Positions 14,901-28,388 of a DNA stretch of 64,000 bases are shown here, piece after piece. This stretch comes from Eledone cirrhosa. Lineage: Eukaryota. The translations under genes were made by a program, and so were the position numbers. Location: assembly GCA_964016885.1 (NCBI GenBank), contig OZ024748.1:21018001-21082000 (forward strand), written 5' to 3'. Within the stretch, counting starts at the first letter, position 1, and each line of letters starts with the position of its first letter. Under the pieces are notes generated by a model. It was not told the DNA's origin. It did not search any database and worked only from the letters and a program-made list of their open reading frames with translations.

Positions 14901-14997
14901 GTGTGTGTGTGTGTGTACGAGTGCATACTTACATTTATGTATCAGCTGTGCTAGGGCGATAAATAAATTCTAATTTTATATATTTATATATTTGTGC

Positions 14998-15119
<122 letters not shown>

Positions 15120-15132
15120 ATATATATATATG

Positions 15133-15177
<45 letters not shown>

Positions 15178-15607
15178 ATGTAGTTAGTGTAGGTGAAAGA
15201 AACAAAGGCAATTGTAGAAGAGGTTGATAAATAAAAAGGAGGGGACTGGGAAGAATTGTAAATTAACATGTAAAAGTATTTGGTAGTATCTATATCATAT
15301 AACGACAATATGTACAACAACAACAACAACAACAACAATACTGTGTTTAATAGAAAGAACTGTGGAGAGAGTTTGATCAGAAAATTAAGTTTCTGTTTTT
15401 TTATAAAACTCTGAATCAAAGCTATGTTCAACATTCAGTTAAATTGTGCGGATGAGGCACTTCTTAGACTGAGATGTGGTTTTTCTCCCTCCCCCTCTCA
15501 TTTTATCTCGTTGCTCGATCCTTTTTTTCTTTTTCTTACTTTCATTTCCTTTTTTCCTTCCCCTTTTCTTCCCTTTAAGCAGTTGCGACTATTTTTTTCC
15601 CATTTGT

Positions 15608-15800
15608 AATTATTGTTTCTACTTTTGGCACAAGGCCAGCAATTATCCCAGTGCATTACTGGTTCTTTATTTTATCGACCCCGTAAGGATGAAAGGCAAA
15701 GTTAACCTCGGCGGATTTGAACTCAGAACGTAAAGGGATATAACTCTATGCTGCAAAGCATGGCGTCTGACGCTCTACCGATACTGCCAAACCACCGCCC
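15608..15800 (-). mobile_element. tRNA-derived SINE (family S1, MetaSINE-like core)
   Basis: Minus strand TGGCAGTATCGGTAGAG...GAGTTCAAATCC...GCCTTTCATCCTTACGGGGTCGATAAAAT...AGAAACAAT(TA). Confidence 0.85.
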
Positions 15801-16755
15801 ATTGTAATAATAAACCCGTGTGACAATAATAAATAAATAAACCTTTAAAAAAGTTTATAAAAGATTTACATGTTATTTAAGCAGTTAGCTTTTGTTTGGA
15901 GTTTTAGAGTCTGCTGGTATATGAGTTTATTGATGAGGATACATCTGCATGGCCCACTCAGTCGGTTAAAAATAGCAGTCAAATAGACTCTACCGCGTTA
16001 ATCAACTAAATTGTATTGTGTCTGTGCTAAACATATACCTATACTTTTAATGTAATCCTCAAGGAGATTCAGAATACTACAAGATATGAAAACACTGATT
16101 CTTTGTATTACTGGTACAGTCCTTCCGACGTCTAACTTCTGTGACTACCCAGTTTTACTTACAAGATTTGAGCCGAGCCTGTTGTGGGAAATAACAGTTG
16201 GACGAAATGCTTCACAATGGGATTAAACAGGAGATCTAATGATTGCGCATGCGCAGAGAACTTCTAAACCAAATAGTCAAGCTGCATCCACTTACAAACA
16301 TGTTTAACTCAGGGAGATTCAGTGAGTCAGAAGTGTGTGTGATACAAAGGGAGACCTTTCATTTACAAGATGGAAATAAGGTGAAATTAATTGTTTTGCT
16401 CGAGGATACAGCACACTGCTAGGAATCGAGTTCGCAACCTCATGATCGTAAGCCGAACACCCTAACCATTAAACTACGTATCTTGACACTAACAATTCAT
16501 CTAACATACGAACACACACACACATAAACTCACACAAGCACACACTCTCACTCACACACACACACATACACTCACACACACACTAATCTCAGTATTACCT
16601 TATAATCTCGGTGACAATATTACTGAGATTTAGAGGGAACATGTTTTATAAATCCTATTTGGCTTTCACGATGTTCATGTCTTTATTGGGTATGTGTGTA
16701 TATATATACATATATATATATAGAGATATATAAATATATAAATATATGTATATAT

Positions 16756-16919
16756 GTCCCAAGGCTCTGATACCATCAACACCATAAACACAGAGCTGGC
16801 ATATCTAAGAACTGACTAATTGCCTGATGAGGTCATAGCCATTCAATGGCTATCATCGAAATATATATAGCAGTAAATAAAGGATTATGAGTTCATGCAA
16901 TTGACTTATGTTTCGTCAC
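16756..16919 (+). mobile_element. ~165-bp hammerhead element, family C (ribozyme at 16819-16874)
   Basis: ATTGC-CTGATGA-GGTC ATAGCCAT TCA ATGGCTAT CATC-GAAA-TATATA-TA-GCAGT, followed by AATAAA. Confidence 0.85.
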
Positions 16920-17003
16920 TATATAAATATATATATATGTATGTATGTATATATACATATACTGTATGTATATATATATATATATATAGGGGGGGGGGGG
17001 GAT

Positions 17004-17036
<33 letters not shown>

Positions 17037-17172
17037 TGTATATATGTAGAAAAACATAGAAATATATTTACTTTACAATCCATGAACGTATTTGCATATA
17101 TATCGTATTTTTTATTTTATATAACATTTTTTAAATATTTAATAATATTTAAATCTATCAATACAAAATACG

Positions 17173-17278
<106 letters not shown>

Positions 17279-17559
17279 TACATATATATATATATGTATA
17301 TATGTGTATGTATATATATATATATACACACACACACACATATATGTATATATAAATATATACATGTATGTAAATATGTAAATAAATGTATATATATATA
17401 TATATGTGTGTGTGTGTTTGTATATGCCTATTTGTAATAGTATGGATGTGTATGCATATGTATGTGTGTCTCTTTGCATTTGGACATCACTTCGTCAATA
17501 TACATCTACATATGTGATTATATGTGGATATAGATGCATACAAGTACGTGTGTGGGAAT

Positions 17560-17621
<62 letters not shown>

Positions 17622-18079
17622 ACACACACATACACACACACACACATATACAGTCGTATTTAGTTGTATTGTGTATGTATATATGTGTGTACGCGGTGAT
17701 CTCATGTCCTTACATGCGTTTGTGAGTACGCGCACCTGTCTGTATGAATAACTGTATATGTGTGTTTGTATTTGTATGTGCTTGTGTATGACCACGTATG
17801 ACAGTGGATATTTAATCAGAATGTGTTCCTATTGTCAAATACAATACAATGTTCTGGACTCGGCAGTTATTTTGTAAATGACTTAAGATATTTCGAATAA
17901 TCTCACACATACATATCCATGGTTATTTGCTAAATTAATAACTTATTCACCTAAAAGTTTGCCAAGTCATACATATATGTATATATATATATAATACTGT
18001 TTTAATCCTGATATATATATATATATTATATATAATACTGTTTCAATCCTGATATATATATATATATTATATTATATTT

Positions 18080-18207
<128 letters not shown>

Positions 18208-18248
18208 TATTATATTTTATTATATTTTATTATATATATATATATTTA

Positions 18249-18362
<114 letters not shown>

Positions 18363-18512
18363 TTCTCATTGTTGCCAAAATTAAGAATTCTTCTTGTTGT
18401 TTTGTATATTTCTAATTTTTCCCACAGTCTTTTGTTAATTCCAAATGTTGAACGTATTCACGTTTGATTAATATCGACAAAGAAATGAGCAGACGAGAAC
18501 TCCACTCCTAAT

Positions 18513-18944
18513 TAATAATTGTTTCTACTTTAGGCACAGGGCCAGCAATTACCCAGTGCATTACTGGTACTTTATTTTATCGACCCCGTAAGGATGAAAG
18601 GCAAAGTCAACCTCGGCGGGATTTGAACTCAGATCGTAAAGGGACGTAACTATGCTGGAAAGCATGGCGTCCGACCCTCCACCGATACTGCCAATCTACC
18701 GCCCTAATTAATAATAATAATAATAATAAAAACGTTTTCTGATTTAGGCACAAGGCCAGCAATTTTTGAGGGCGTTAAAAGTCGATTAAATCGATCCCAG
18801 TGCATTACTGGTACTTCCGTTTATCGACTTCGTAAAGATGACAGGCAAAGATAACTTCGGTGGGATTTCAACTCAGAACGTAAAGGACCGTAGCTCGATG
18901 CCACATTGCACATTATCCGATGCTCTACCGATACTGCCAATCCA
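18513..18944 (-). mobile_element. Two tandem S1-type SINEs (18513-18704, 18730-18944)
   Basis: Same A/B boxes and core as other S1 copies. Confidence 0.85.
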
Positions 18945-18989
18945 TCTTAAATATGTGCGATTATGAATTTCTGTGTGTTATGTTACGTT

Positions 18990-21900
18990 CATGTGTGTGT
19001 GCGGTGTGCATGTGTGTATGCGTGGTGTGCATGTGTGTGTTGTGGTGTGCATGTGTGTATGCGTGGTGTGCATGTGTGTGTTGTGGTGTGCATGTGTGTA
19101 TGCGTGGTGTGCATGTGTGTGTTGTGGTGTGCATGTGTGTATGCGTGGTGTGCATGTGTGTGTTGTGGTGTGCATGTGTGTATGCGTGGTGTGCATGTGT
19201 GTGTTGTGGTGTGCATGTGTGTATGCGTGGTGTGCATGTGTGTGTGCGGTGTGCATGTGTGTATGCGTGGTGTGCATGTGTGTGTTGTGGTGTGCATGTG
19301 TGTATGCGTGGTGTGCATGTGTGTGTGCGGTGTGCATGTGTGTATGCGTGGTGTGCATGTATGTGTTGCGGTGTGCATGTGTGTATGCGTGGTGTGCATG
19401 TATGTGTGCGGTGTGCATGTGTGTATGCGTGGTGTGCATGTGTGTGTTGTGGTGTGCATGTGTGTATGCGTGGTGTGCATGTGTGTGTTGTGGTGTGCAT
19501 GTGTGTATGCGTGGTGTGCATGTGTGTGTTGTGGTGTGCATGTGTGTATGCGTGGTGTGCATGTGTGTGTGCGGTGTGCATGTGTGTATGCGTGGTGTGC
19601 ATGTGTGTGTTGTGGTGTGCATGTGTGTATGCGTGGTGTGCATGTGTGTGTTGTGGTGTGCAAGTGTGTATGCGTGGTGTGCATGTGTGTGTTGTGGTGT
19701 GCATGTGTGTATGCGTGGTGTGCATGTGTGTGTTGTGGTGTGCATGTGTGTATGCGTGGTGTGCATGTGTGTGTTGTGGTGTGCATGTGTGTATGCGTGG
19801 TGTGCATGTGTGTGTGCGGTGTGCATGTGTGTATGCGTGGTGTGCATGTGTGTGTTGTGGTGTGCATGTGTGTATGCGTGGTGTGCATGTGTGTGTTGTG
19901 GTGTGCAAGTGTGTATGCGTGGTGTGCATGTGTGTATGCGTGGTGTGCATGTGTGTATGCGTGGTGTGCATGTGTGTGTTGCGGTGTGCATGTGTGTATG
20001 CGTGGTGTGCATGTGTGTGTTGTTGTGTGCATGTGTGTATGCGTGGTGTGTCTGTATATGTGTGGTGTGCATGTATGTGTTGTGGTGTGCATGTGTGTAT
20101 GCGTGGTGTGCCTGTGTGTGTTGTGGTGTGCATGTGAGTATGCGTGATGTGCATGTATGGGTTGCGGTGTGCATGTGTGTATGCGTGGTGTGCATGTATG
20201 TGTTGTGGTGTGCATGTGTGTATGCGTGGTGTGCATGTATGTGTTGTGGTGTGCATGTGAGTATGCGTGATGTGCATGTATGTGTTGTGGTGTGCATGTG
20301 TGTATGCGTGGTGTGCATGTATGTGTTGTGGTGTGCATGTGTGTATGCGTGGTGTGCATGTATGTGTTGTGGTGTGCATGTGTGTATGCGTGGTGTGCAT
20401 GTATGTGTTGTGGTGTGCATGTGTGTATGCGTGGTGTGCATGTATGTGTTGTGGTGTGCATGTGTGTATGCGTGGTGTGCATGTATGTGTTGTGGTGTGC
20501 ATGTGAGTATGCGTGATGTGCATGTATGTGTTGTGGTGTGCATGTGTGTATGCGTGGTGTGCATGTATGTGTTGTGGTGTGCATGTGTGTATGCGTGGTG
20601 TGCATGTATGGGTTGCGGTGTGCATGTGTGTATGCGTGGTGTGCATGTATGTGTTGTGGTGTGCATGTGTGTATGCGTGGTGTGCATGTATGTGTTGTGG
20701 TGTGCATGTGAGTATGCGTGATGTGCATGTATGTGTTGTGGTGTGCATGTGTGTATGCGTGGTGTGCATGTATGTGTTGTGGTGTGCATGTGTGTATGCG
20801 TGGTGTGCATGTATGTGTTGTGGTGTGCATGTGTGTATGCGTGGTGTGCATGTATGTGTTGTGGTGTGCATGTGTGTATGCGTGGTGTGCATGTATGTGT
20901 TGTGGTGTGCATGTGTGTATGCGTGGTGTGCATGTATGTGTTGTGGTGTGCATGTGAGTATGCGTGATGTGCATGTATGTGTTGTGGTGTGCATGTGTGT
21001 ATGCGTGGTGTGCATGTATGTGTTGTGGTGTGCATGTGTGTATGCGTGGTGTGCATGTATGTGTTGTGGTGTGCATGTGTGTATGCGTGGTGTGCATGTA
21101 TGTGTTGTGGTGTGCATGTGTGTATGCGTGGTGTGCATGTATGTGTTGTGGTGTGCATGTGTGTATGCGTGGTGTGCATGTATGTGTTGTGGTGTGCATG
21201 TGAGTATGCGTGATGTGCATGTATGTGTTGTGGTGTGCATGTGTGTATGCGTGGTGTGCATGTATGTGTTGTGGTGTGCATGTGTGTATGCGTGGTGTGC
21301 ATGTATGTGTTGTGGTGTGCATGTGTGTATGCGTGGTGTGCATGTATGTGTTGTGGTGTGCATGTGTGTATGCGTGATGTGCCTGTATGTGTTGCGGTGT
21401 GCATGTGTGTATGCGTGATGTGCATGTATGTGTTGTGGTGTGCATGTGTGTCTGCGTGATGTGCATGTATGTGTTGTGGTGTGCATGTGTGTATGCGTGA
21501 TGTGCATGTATGTGTTGTGCGGTGTGCATGTGTGTATGGGTGATATGCATGTATGTGTTGTGGTATGCATGTGTGTATGCGTGATGTGCATGTATGTGTT
21601 GTGGTCTGTATGTGTGTATGCGTGATATTCATGTATGTGTTGTGGTGTGCATGTGAGTATGCGTGATGTGCATGTATGTGTTGTGGTGTGCATGTGTGTA
21701 TGGGTGATATGCATGTATGTGTTGTGGTGTGTATGTGTGTATGCGTGATGTGCCTGTATGTGTTGCGGTGTGCATGTGTGTATGGGTGATATGCATGTAT
21801 GTGTTGTGGTGTGTATGTGTGTATGCGTGATGTGCCTGTATGTGTTGCGGTGTGCATGTGTGTATGCGTGATGTGCATGTATGTGTTGTGGTATGCATGT

Positions 21901-22828
21901 GTGTATGCGTGGTGTGCATGTATGTGTTGTGGTATGCATGTGTGTATGCGTGGTGTGCATGTATGTGTTGTGGTGTGCATGTGTGTATGCGTGATGTGCA
22001 TGTATGTGTTGTGGTGTGCATGTGTGTCTGCGTGATGTGCATGTATGTGTTGTGGTGTGCATGTGTGTATGCGTGATGTGCATGTATGTGTTGTGCGGTG
22101 TGCATGTGTGTATGGGTGATATGCATGTATGTGTTGTGGTGTGTATGTGTGTATGCGTGATGTGCCTGTATGTGTTGCGGTGTGCATGTGTGTATGCGTG
22201 ATGTGCATGTATGTGTTGTGGTGTGCATGTGTGTATGCGTGATGTGCATGTATGTGTTGTGGTGTGCATGTGTGTATGCGTGATGTGCATGTATGTGTTG
22301 TGGTGTGCATGTGTGTCTGCGTGATGTGCATGTATGTGTTGTGGTGTGCATGTGTGTATGCGTGATGTGCATGTATGTGTTGTGCGGTGTGCATGTGTGT
22401 ATGGGTGATATGCATGTATGTGTTGTGGTGTGTATGTGTGTATGCGTGATGTGCCTGTATGTGTTGCGGTGTGCATGTGTGTATGCGTGATGTGCATGTA
22501 TGTGTTGTGGTATGCATGTGTGTATGCGTGGTGTGCATGTATGTGTTGTGGTATGCATGTGTGTATGCGTGGTGTGCATGTATGTGTTGTGGTGTGCATG
22601 TGTGTATGCGTGATGTGCATGTATGTGTTGTGGTGTGCATGTGTGTCTGCGTGATGTGCATGTATGTGTTGTGGTGTGCATGTGTGTATGCGTGATGTGC
22701 ATGTATGTGTTGTGCGGTGTGCATGTGTGTATGCGTGATGTGCATGTATGTGTTGTGGTCTGTATGTGTGTATGCGTGATATTTATGTATGTGTTGTGGT
22801 GTGCATGTGTGTATGCGTGGTGTGCATG
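18990..22828. repeat. ~41-bp minisatellite array, ~3.8 kb
   Basis: Unit ~TGTGTGTATGCGTGGTGTGCATGTATGTGTTGTGGTGTGCA (two ~20-bp subunits). Confidence 0.95.
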
Positions 22829-22974
22829 GTTGTTTTGACCTCGTCTTTCATTTTTCTGGGGTCGATAAAATAAAGTACCAGTAATACACTGTTGTCGTTC
22901 AAGTACCAGTAATACACTGTTGTCGTTCAACTGGCTGGCCTTGTGCTTATATCAGAAATAATAATTATTATTAC

Positions 22975-23760
22975 TAGATAAGGATGGAGAGAGAAATGCT
23001 GCCCCCAGAAGATTTTTTTAAAAGGTGGGAGATTGTTATGAGAATTGCCCGTGTGAATGGACCCACTCTGAGCATGCGCCAGTAGGGTGAAAAGATGGAA
23101 GGGTGGAGGAACGCACTCCTTGAGTGATCTTGGAGATGAGGGGGGTTGGGATTTGTGGGGTTGCTAACGTCACCCCTGGGTGGTACTCCCCCCCCCCCCT
23201 TCCCCACCTATTGTGGAACTCTGTGATTGATATTTTATTTATTTTGTTTATTTGTTTTGTCAATTTTCTTTACTCGATTGCATGTAAACTCACACTGTCC
23301 CCGTCTTTGTATTGTCCTCTATATTTGGCCCTTGTGGCCAATAATAAAGATTCTTCAAGTTTCACCTGGAAAGGAAGGCAAGGGTGGAGAGAGAAGTGCC
23401 CCCCCCCCCCAGTACATTGGCTAAAAGGTGGATGAATATGGCGAGAATGGCCCATGTCAGTGGGCCTACTTTCACTATGAACCTGTAATTTGAGGAGGAG
23501 TGGGGTGTCTTCCCCGAGTACCCTAGAAACGTAGTGTTGTTCAGGATTGGTGGGGTACTTGAGTCGCCCCTAGGTCGTCCACACCTCTATTGGGGAATTT
23601 ATTTTCTTATGTTTATACATATTTTATTTTATTGTTAAATTGGTTTTGCTATTGTGCACCTTTACTGGAACTTATTGACCCCCCCCCCCCACTGTCCGCG
23701 TCTTTGTATTGTCCCCTTCATGTCGGCCCTTGTGACCAATAAATGAAACCATTATTATTA
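22975..23760 (+). mobile_element. Two stacked 3'-end fragments of Tx1-like LINEs
   Basis: ORF2 C-terminus (..GAGAGAGAA(A/G)TGC..AAAAGGTGG..ATGGGCCTACT-like) plus 3'UTR ending GGCCCTTGTG(G/A)CCAATAA at ~23340 and ~23740. Confidence 0.85.
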
Positions 23761-23801
23761 TTATCATCATCATCATCATCATTATTATTATTATTATTAT
23801 T

Positions 23802-24006
23802 AGGGTAGTGGATTGGCAGTATCGGTAGAGGGTCAAACACCATGCTTTGCAGCATAGAGTTACGGCCCTTTACGATCTGAGTTCAAATCCCGCCGATGTT
23901 AACTTTGCCTTTCATCCCTACGGGGTCGATAAAATAAAGCACCAGTAATGCACCGGAATAATTGCTGGCCTTGTGCCAAAAGTAGAAACAATTATTATTA
24001 TTATTA
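23802..24006 (+). mobile_element. S1 SINE
   Basis: Complete copy with (ATT)n tail. Confidence 0.9.
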
Positions 24007-26320
24007 TATATGCCAGACTTGTTCTCCGAACTCCTCGAAGCACTCTACTGTAACTGGCAGCAGAATGGGAGTATTCCCAGTTCTGTGAGCAGGGGAGTGG
24101 TGACGCTGATAAGGAAAGACGAGAACAAGAGGGATACATTAGACAACTTCAGGCCCATAACTCTGCTCAACACAGAGTTTAAGATTTTGGCCAAGGTGTT
24201 AGCAAAGAGATTGGCGCTTGTCGTCGAGGATTTGGTTGGGGAGGCGCAAACTTGCGCAATCCCAGCCAGGTCCATACACGACAATCTCCACCTCATGCGA
24301 TACATCATAGAGAGGGTAGGGTGTAAACCTGGCTTCGGTGGGGCACTGATCAATTTAGATCAATCGAAAGCATTCGATAGGGTCGACCATCGGTATCTGG
24401 AGTTTGTCCTCAAAGCAGCTGGCTTCGGCCCTGTCTTTAGAAGCTGGATCGTTGCAATGCACAGCGGCACACGCTCGGTGGTCAAGGTTAATGGCCATCT
24501 CTCGGAACCATTTCGGCTCTCCCGATCGGTCCGTCAAGGGTGCCCTCTCTCTTCCCTTCTGTACGTATTGACTCTCGAGCCTTTACTGCGGAAGCTGGAG
24601 CTGTTGCAGGGCATCCCGCTCGAACCGGGACGTGGAAAGGCGGTGTCGGCTTATGCGGACGACATCACCGTGATGGTGTCGAACACCTCAGAAATCGAGG
24701 TGGTCGGCAGCTTATTGAAGGAATATGAAAGGTTGACAGGAGCCAAACTTAACCCGGAAAAGTCGGTGGGCTTGCAGCTCGGAACCTGGAGAGGCAAGCC
24801 CATGCCGTCCAACAGCGTCGTGGGGCGCTGGACGGACGGACCAGTAAAGTTGCTCGGGGTTTGGTTCGGACCAGACCTCCAGGTGGAAAAGAATTGGGAC
24901 GAGGTAACGAGCAGAGTAGCCAGTCTCACCCAAAAATGGGCTGGGAGGAAGCTATCACCGAAAGGTCGCGCGGAGGTGGCGAATGCGTACATCGCGTCCG
25001 TCATCTATTACCGCCTAACCGTCGTGCCTTGCCCCCGTCCGCGCCTCGTCAAGTTGGAACGGCTCCTCTTCAAATTCTTGTGGAGGGGACAAGTTCCGTT
25101 GGTGAGGCGGTCCATCTGCTGCCAGCACCCTCTACGCGGAGGGCTGGGCATGCCGTGGTTAATGATGCGCAGACATGCGTTGAGGCTGCGACATCTCCAG
25201 ATATTCTGCCTCAATGGTGAACAGGTGTGGTCGCCGTTTATCAGACGGGCCTTTCCGCAGCTCATTTCTTTGACTGAGCTGCAGTCCTGGGTCAAGAAGA
25301 GACCGAGACTGGGTGACTGGCACCTGGAATGTTGCCAGGCACTCACTGCCCTCTACCAAGCTGGCAATGCGATCAGTGGAACTTCCACTCTCGAGTTCTA
25401 TAGAGGATTAGTGGTGGGCAAGTGCGATGACGCACTCGGAGAAGCTTTGGGCCTCGACGAAGTCGAACTGACCAGTCTGTACCGGAGGACTTTTGAGCCT
25501 GGGACGATGGACAATTTCCAGAAATCCCTCGCTTGGCAGTGCTACCGGGGGGCACTGCCGGTTCGGGATAAACTCTACAGACACGGAAGTGCTGTCAGAC
25601 GGACCTGCCCAAGATGCGCACAGAACGACGAAACCGTTCTGCACGCACTTGTGCAATGTCCGTGCATTACTGACTTGTGGAGTTATGTCGAACAGCTACT
25701 GTCGCGTGTGGAACGAATCCGGCTATCGGCCGAGTCCATAGTGAAGATCGAGCCGCCACCTTCCTTAAGTCAGGAAGAGCAGGACATTTTCCTCTGTCTG
25801 GTGGCAGTTGCGAAAGAGATTATATGGTGGACCAGGTTGAAAGGACTAAAGACAGACACTTTTCTCTTCGGCCAATCCCTCATCAACTTCTTCAAGTTTC
25901 ACCTGGAAAGGAGGGTGAGGGTGGAGAGAGAAGTGCTGCCCCCCAGTACATTTGCTAAAAGGTGGGTGAATGTGGCAAGAATGGCTCGTGTGAATGGGCC
26001 TACTCTGACCATGCGCCTATAGGCTGGCTAACTTGAGGAGAGGGGTGCTCTCCTGGGTGCCCTAGAAGCGCAGGGTGGTTCAGGATTGGTGGGGTACCCG
26101 AATCACCCCAGGGTCGTCCACCCCCTATCGGGGAATTTATTTTGTTATGTTTTGCATAGTTTATTTTATATTTTTATATTTTCATTGTTGTTAAATTAGT
26201 CTTGCCATTGTGTACTTTTACTCGACCTTATTGTAAACCCCCACTGTCCCTGTCTTTGTATTGTCCCCTACATGTCGGCCCTTGTGGCTAATAAATGAAA
26301 TCATTATTATTATTATTATT
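24007..26320 (+). mobile_element. Tx1-like LINE copy with 3'UTR
   Basis: Starts in the (ATT)n tail of a SINE; ends AATAAATGAAATC(ATT)n. Confidence 0.9.
24010..26022 (+). CDS. Reverse transcriptase (ORF2) of a Tx1/L1-clade LINE, 5'-truncated (no APE endonuclease)
   Basis: NFRPITLLNTEFKILAK, LDQSKAFDRVDH, SVRQGCPLS, AYADD, C-terminal CPRC..ETVLHALVQC zinc finger. Confidence 0.93.
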   Translation: MPDLFSELLEALYCNWQQNGSIPSSVSRGVVTLIRKDENKRDTLDNFRPITLLNTEFKILAKVLAKRLALVVEDLVGEAQTCAIPARSIHDNLHLMRYIIERVGCKPGFGGALINLDQSKAFDRVDHRYLEFVLKAAGFGPVFRSWIVAMHSGTRSVVKVNGHLSEPFRLSRSVRQGCPLSSLLYVLTLEPLLRKLELLQGIPLEPGRGKAVSAYADDITVMVSNTSEIEVVGSLLKEYERLTGAKLNPEKSVGLQLGTWRGKPMPSNSVVGRWTDGPVKLLGVWFGPDLQVEKNWDEVTSRVASLTQKWAGRKLSPKGRAEVANAYIASVIYYRLTVVPCPRPRLVKLERLLFKFLWRGQVPLVRRSICCQHPLRGGLGMPWLMMRRHALRLRHLQIFCLNGEQVWSPFIRRAFPQLISLTELQSWVKKRPRLGDWHLECCQALTALYQAGNAISGTSTLEFYRGLVVGKCDDALGEALGLDEVELTSLYRRTFEPGTMDNFQKSLAWQCYRGALPVRDKLYRHGSAVRRTCPRCAQNDETVLHALVQCPCITDLWSYVEQLLSRVERIRLSAESIVKIEPPPSLSQEEQDIFLCLVAVAKEIIWWTRLKGLKTDTFLFGQSLINFFKFHLERRVRVEREVLPPSTFAKRWVNVARMARVNGPTLTMRL

Positions 26321-27185
26321 TTTCTTTATTTTTTCTTATATAAATAATAAAATTCTTTACACGTACAAAACCCACATCGTACCGTCCTGTACCGTCTGTA
26401 ATGTTTTTCTTGATGTCAGCCTTTGCGGCCAATAAAGAAATCATTATTATTATTATTGTGGATTGGCAGTATCGGTAGAGGGTCGGGCGCCATGCTTTCC
26501 AGCATAGTTACGTCCCTTTACGATCTGAGTTCAAATCCCACCGAGGTTGACTTTGCCTTTCATCCTTACGGTGTTGATAAAATAAAGTACCAGTAATGCA
26601 CTGGGTTATTGCTGGCCTTGTGCCTAAAGTAGAAACAATTATTATTATTATTATGGATTGGCAGTATCGGTAGATGGTCGGACGCTATGCTTTGCAGCAG
26701 AGTTACGGCCCTTTATGATCTGAGTTCATATCCCGCCGAGGTTAACTTTGCCTTTCATCCTTACGGGGTCGATAAAATAAAGTACCAGTCACGCACTGGA
26801 GTTGATTTAATTGACTTTCCCCTCCCCCAAAATTGCTGGCCTTGTGCCTATATAAGAAATCATTATTATTATTATTATTATTATTTTTCTTTGTTATTTT
26901 ATTACATCCTCTGTTTTTGTTTTTTACACGCAGAAATGCCCATTTGTGCCGTCCTGTATTGTCCTGTACTGTCCTTAATGTCTACTTTATGTAAACCCTT
27001 GTGGTTAATAAAGAAAACATTATTATTATTATTATTATGCTTTGACGCATAGAGTTACGGCCCTTGCTATTCTGAGTTCAAATCCCGCCGGGGTTAACTT
27101 TGCCTTTCATCCTTACGGGGGTCGATAAAATAAACTACCAGTAATACACTGGATATTTGCTGGCCTTGTGCCAATAGTAGACACA

Positions 27186-27239
<54 letters not shown>

Positions 27240-27306
27240 GTATTGTCCTGTACTGTCCTTAATGTCTACTTTATGTAAACCCTTGTGGTTAATAAAGAAA
27301 TCATTA

Positions 27307-27347
<41 letters not shown>
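26320..27347 (+). mobile_element. Alternating S1 SINEs (26458-26652, 26654-26885, 27037-27240) and Tx1-like 3' stubs ending AATAAAGAAA(T/A)C(ATT)n
   Basis: Direct similarity to the copies described above. Confidence 0.8.
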
Positions 27348-27999
27348 TCTGCTACCTTTCACTTTGCTCTCATTCCTCTTTATACTTCTACATGTCACAT
27401 CAGACAAACAGTAAATTTTACGATCTCCAATGACACGTCACAGAATCGTACAACATAAATTTCCACCAGAGTGTGTCGTTCGGTCGATAAGACATCACAG
27501 TCTCTCGTCTCTCGTCTCTCGTCTCTCGTCTACGGCTACTCTGGTTTCTCTTTAAAACAGACAGAATTCATGACCCCGGAGTTCTTATGTGTTGATCTTA
27601 GCACAACGCAATAACATACACTTCAATCTGGAGTGGTAGACATGAGTAATGCAGACAAGTGCCTCTGTATGTACACCTACAAAGATTATATTGATAAACA
27701 AACATATACATACACACACACATATGTATATATATATATATACATATATGTGTATGTATGTATGTATGTATGTATGTATGTATGTATGTATGTATGTATG
27801 TATGTATGTATGTATGTATACGCACGTATATAAATGTATATAAGTAAGTATTCATATAGTCATGTACATATACATATATGTATAACTGTAAATATAAGTA
27901 TATCTAGATATGATAATAAACATATATGCATACATATATACATACGTGTATATCTGACTACTATCTCGCTATCTATCTACCTACCTACCTATTTATATT

Positions 28000-28334
28000 G
28001 CGTTCTGAGTTCAAATCCCGCCGAGGTTAACTTTGCCTTTCATTCTTACGGGGTCGATAAAATAAAGTACCAGTAATGTACTGGGGTATTCACTGGCCTT
28101 GTGCCAAAAGTAGAAACTCTATTTATATAGTTGTATATAAAATATAATTGTTTCTAATTTTTGGCACAAGGCCAGCAATTACCCAGTGTATTACTGGTAC
28201 TTTATTTTATCGGCCCCCCGTAAGGATGAAAGGCAAAGTTAACCTCGGCGGGATTTGAACTCAGAATGGCAAGGGCCGTAACTCTATGCGTCAAAGCACG
28301 GTGTCCGACCCTCTACGAATACTGCCAATCCACA
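28000..28334. mobile_element. Tail-to-tail S1 SINE pair (28000-28118 +, 28146-28334 -)
   Basis: S1 core in opposite orientations. Confidence 0.85.
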
Positions 28335-28388
28335 ATATATTATAATATGTATATATATATAATTTATCGCTCTACATGGCTGAATACA

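Noticed and set aside
18920-22930. ORFs up to 1255 aa rich in H/T/C/V
   Set aside because: Translations of the 41-bp satellite.
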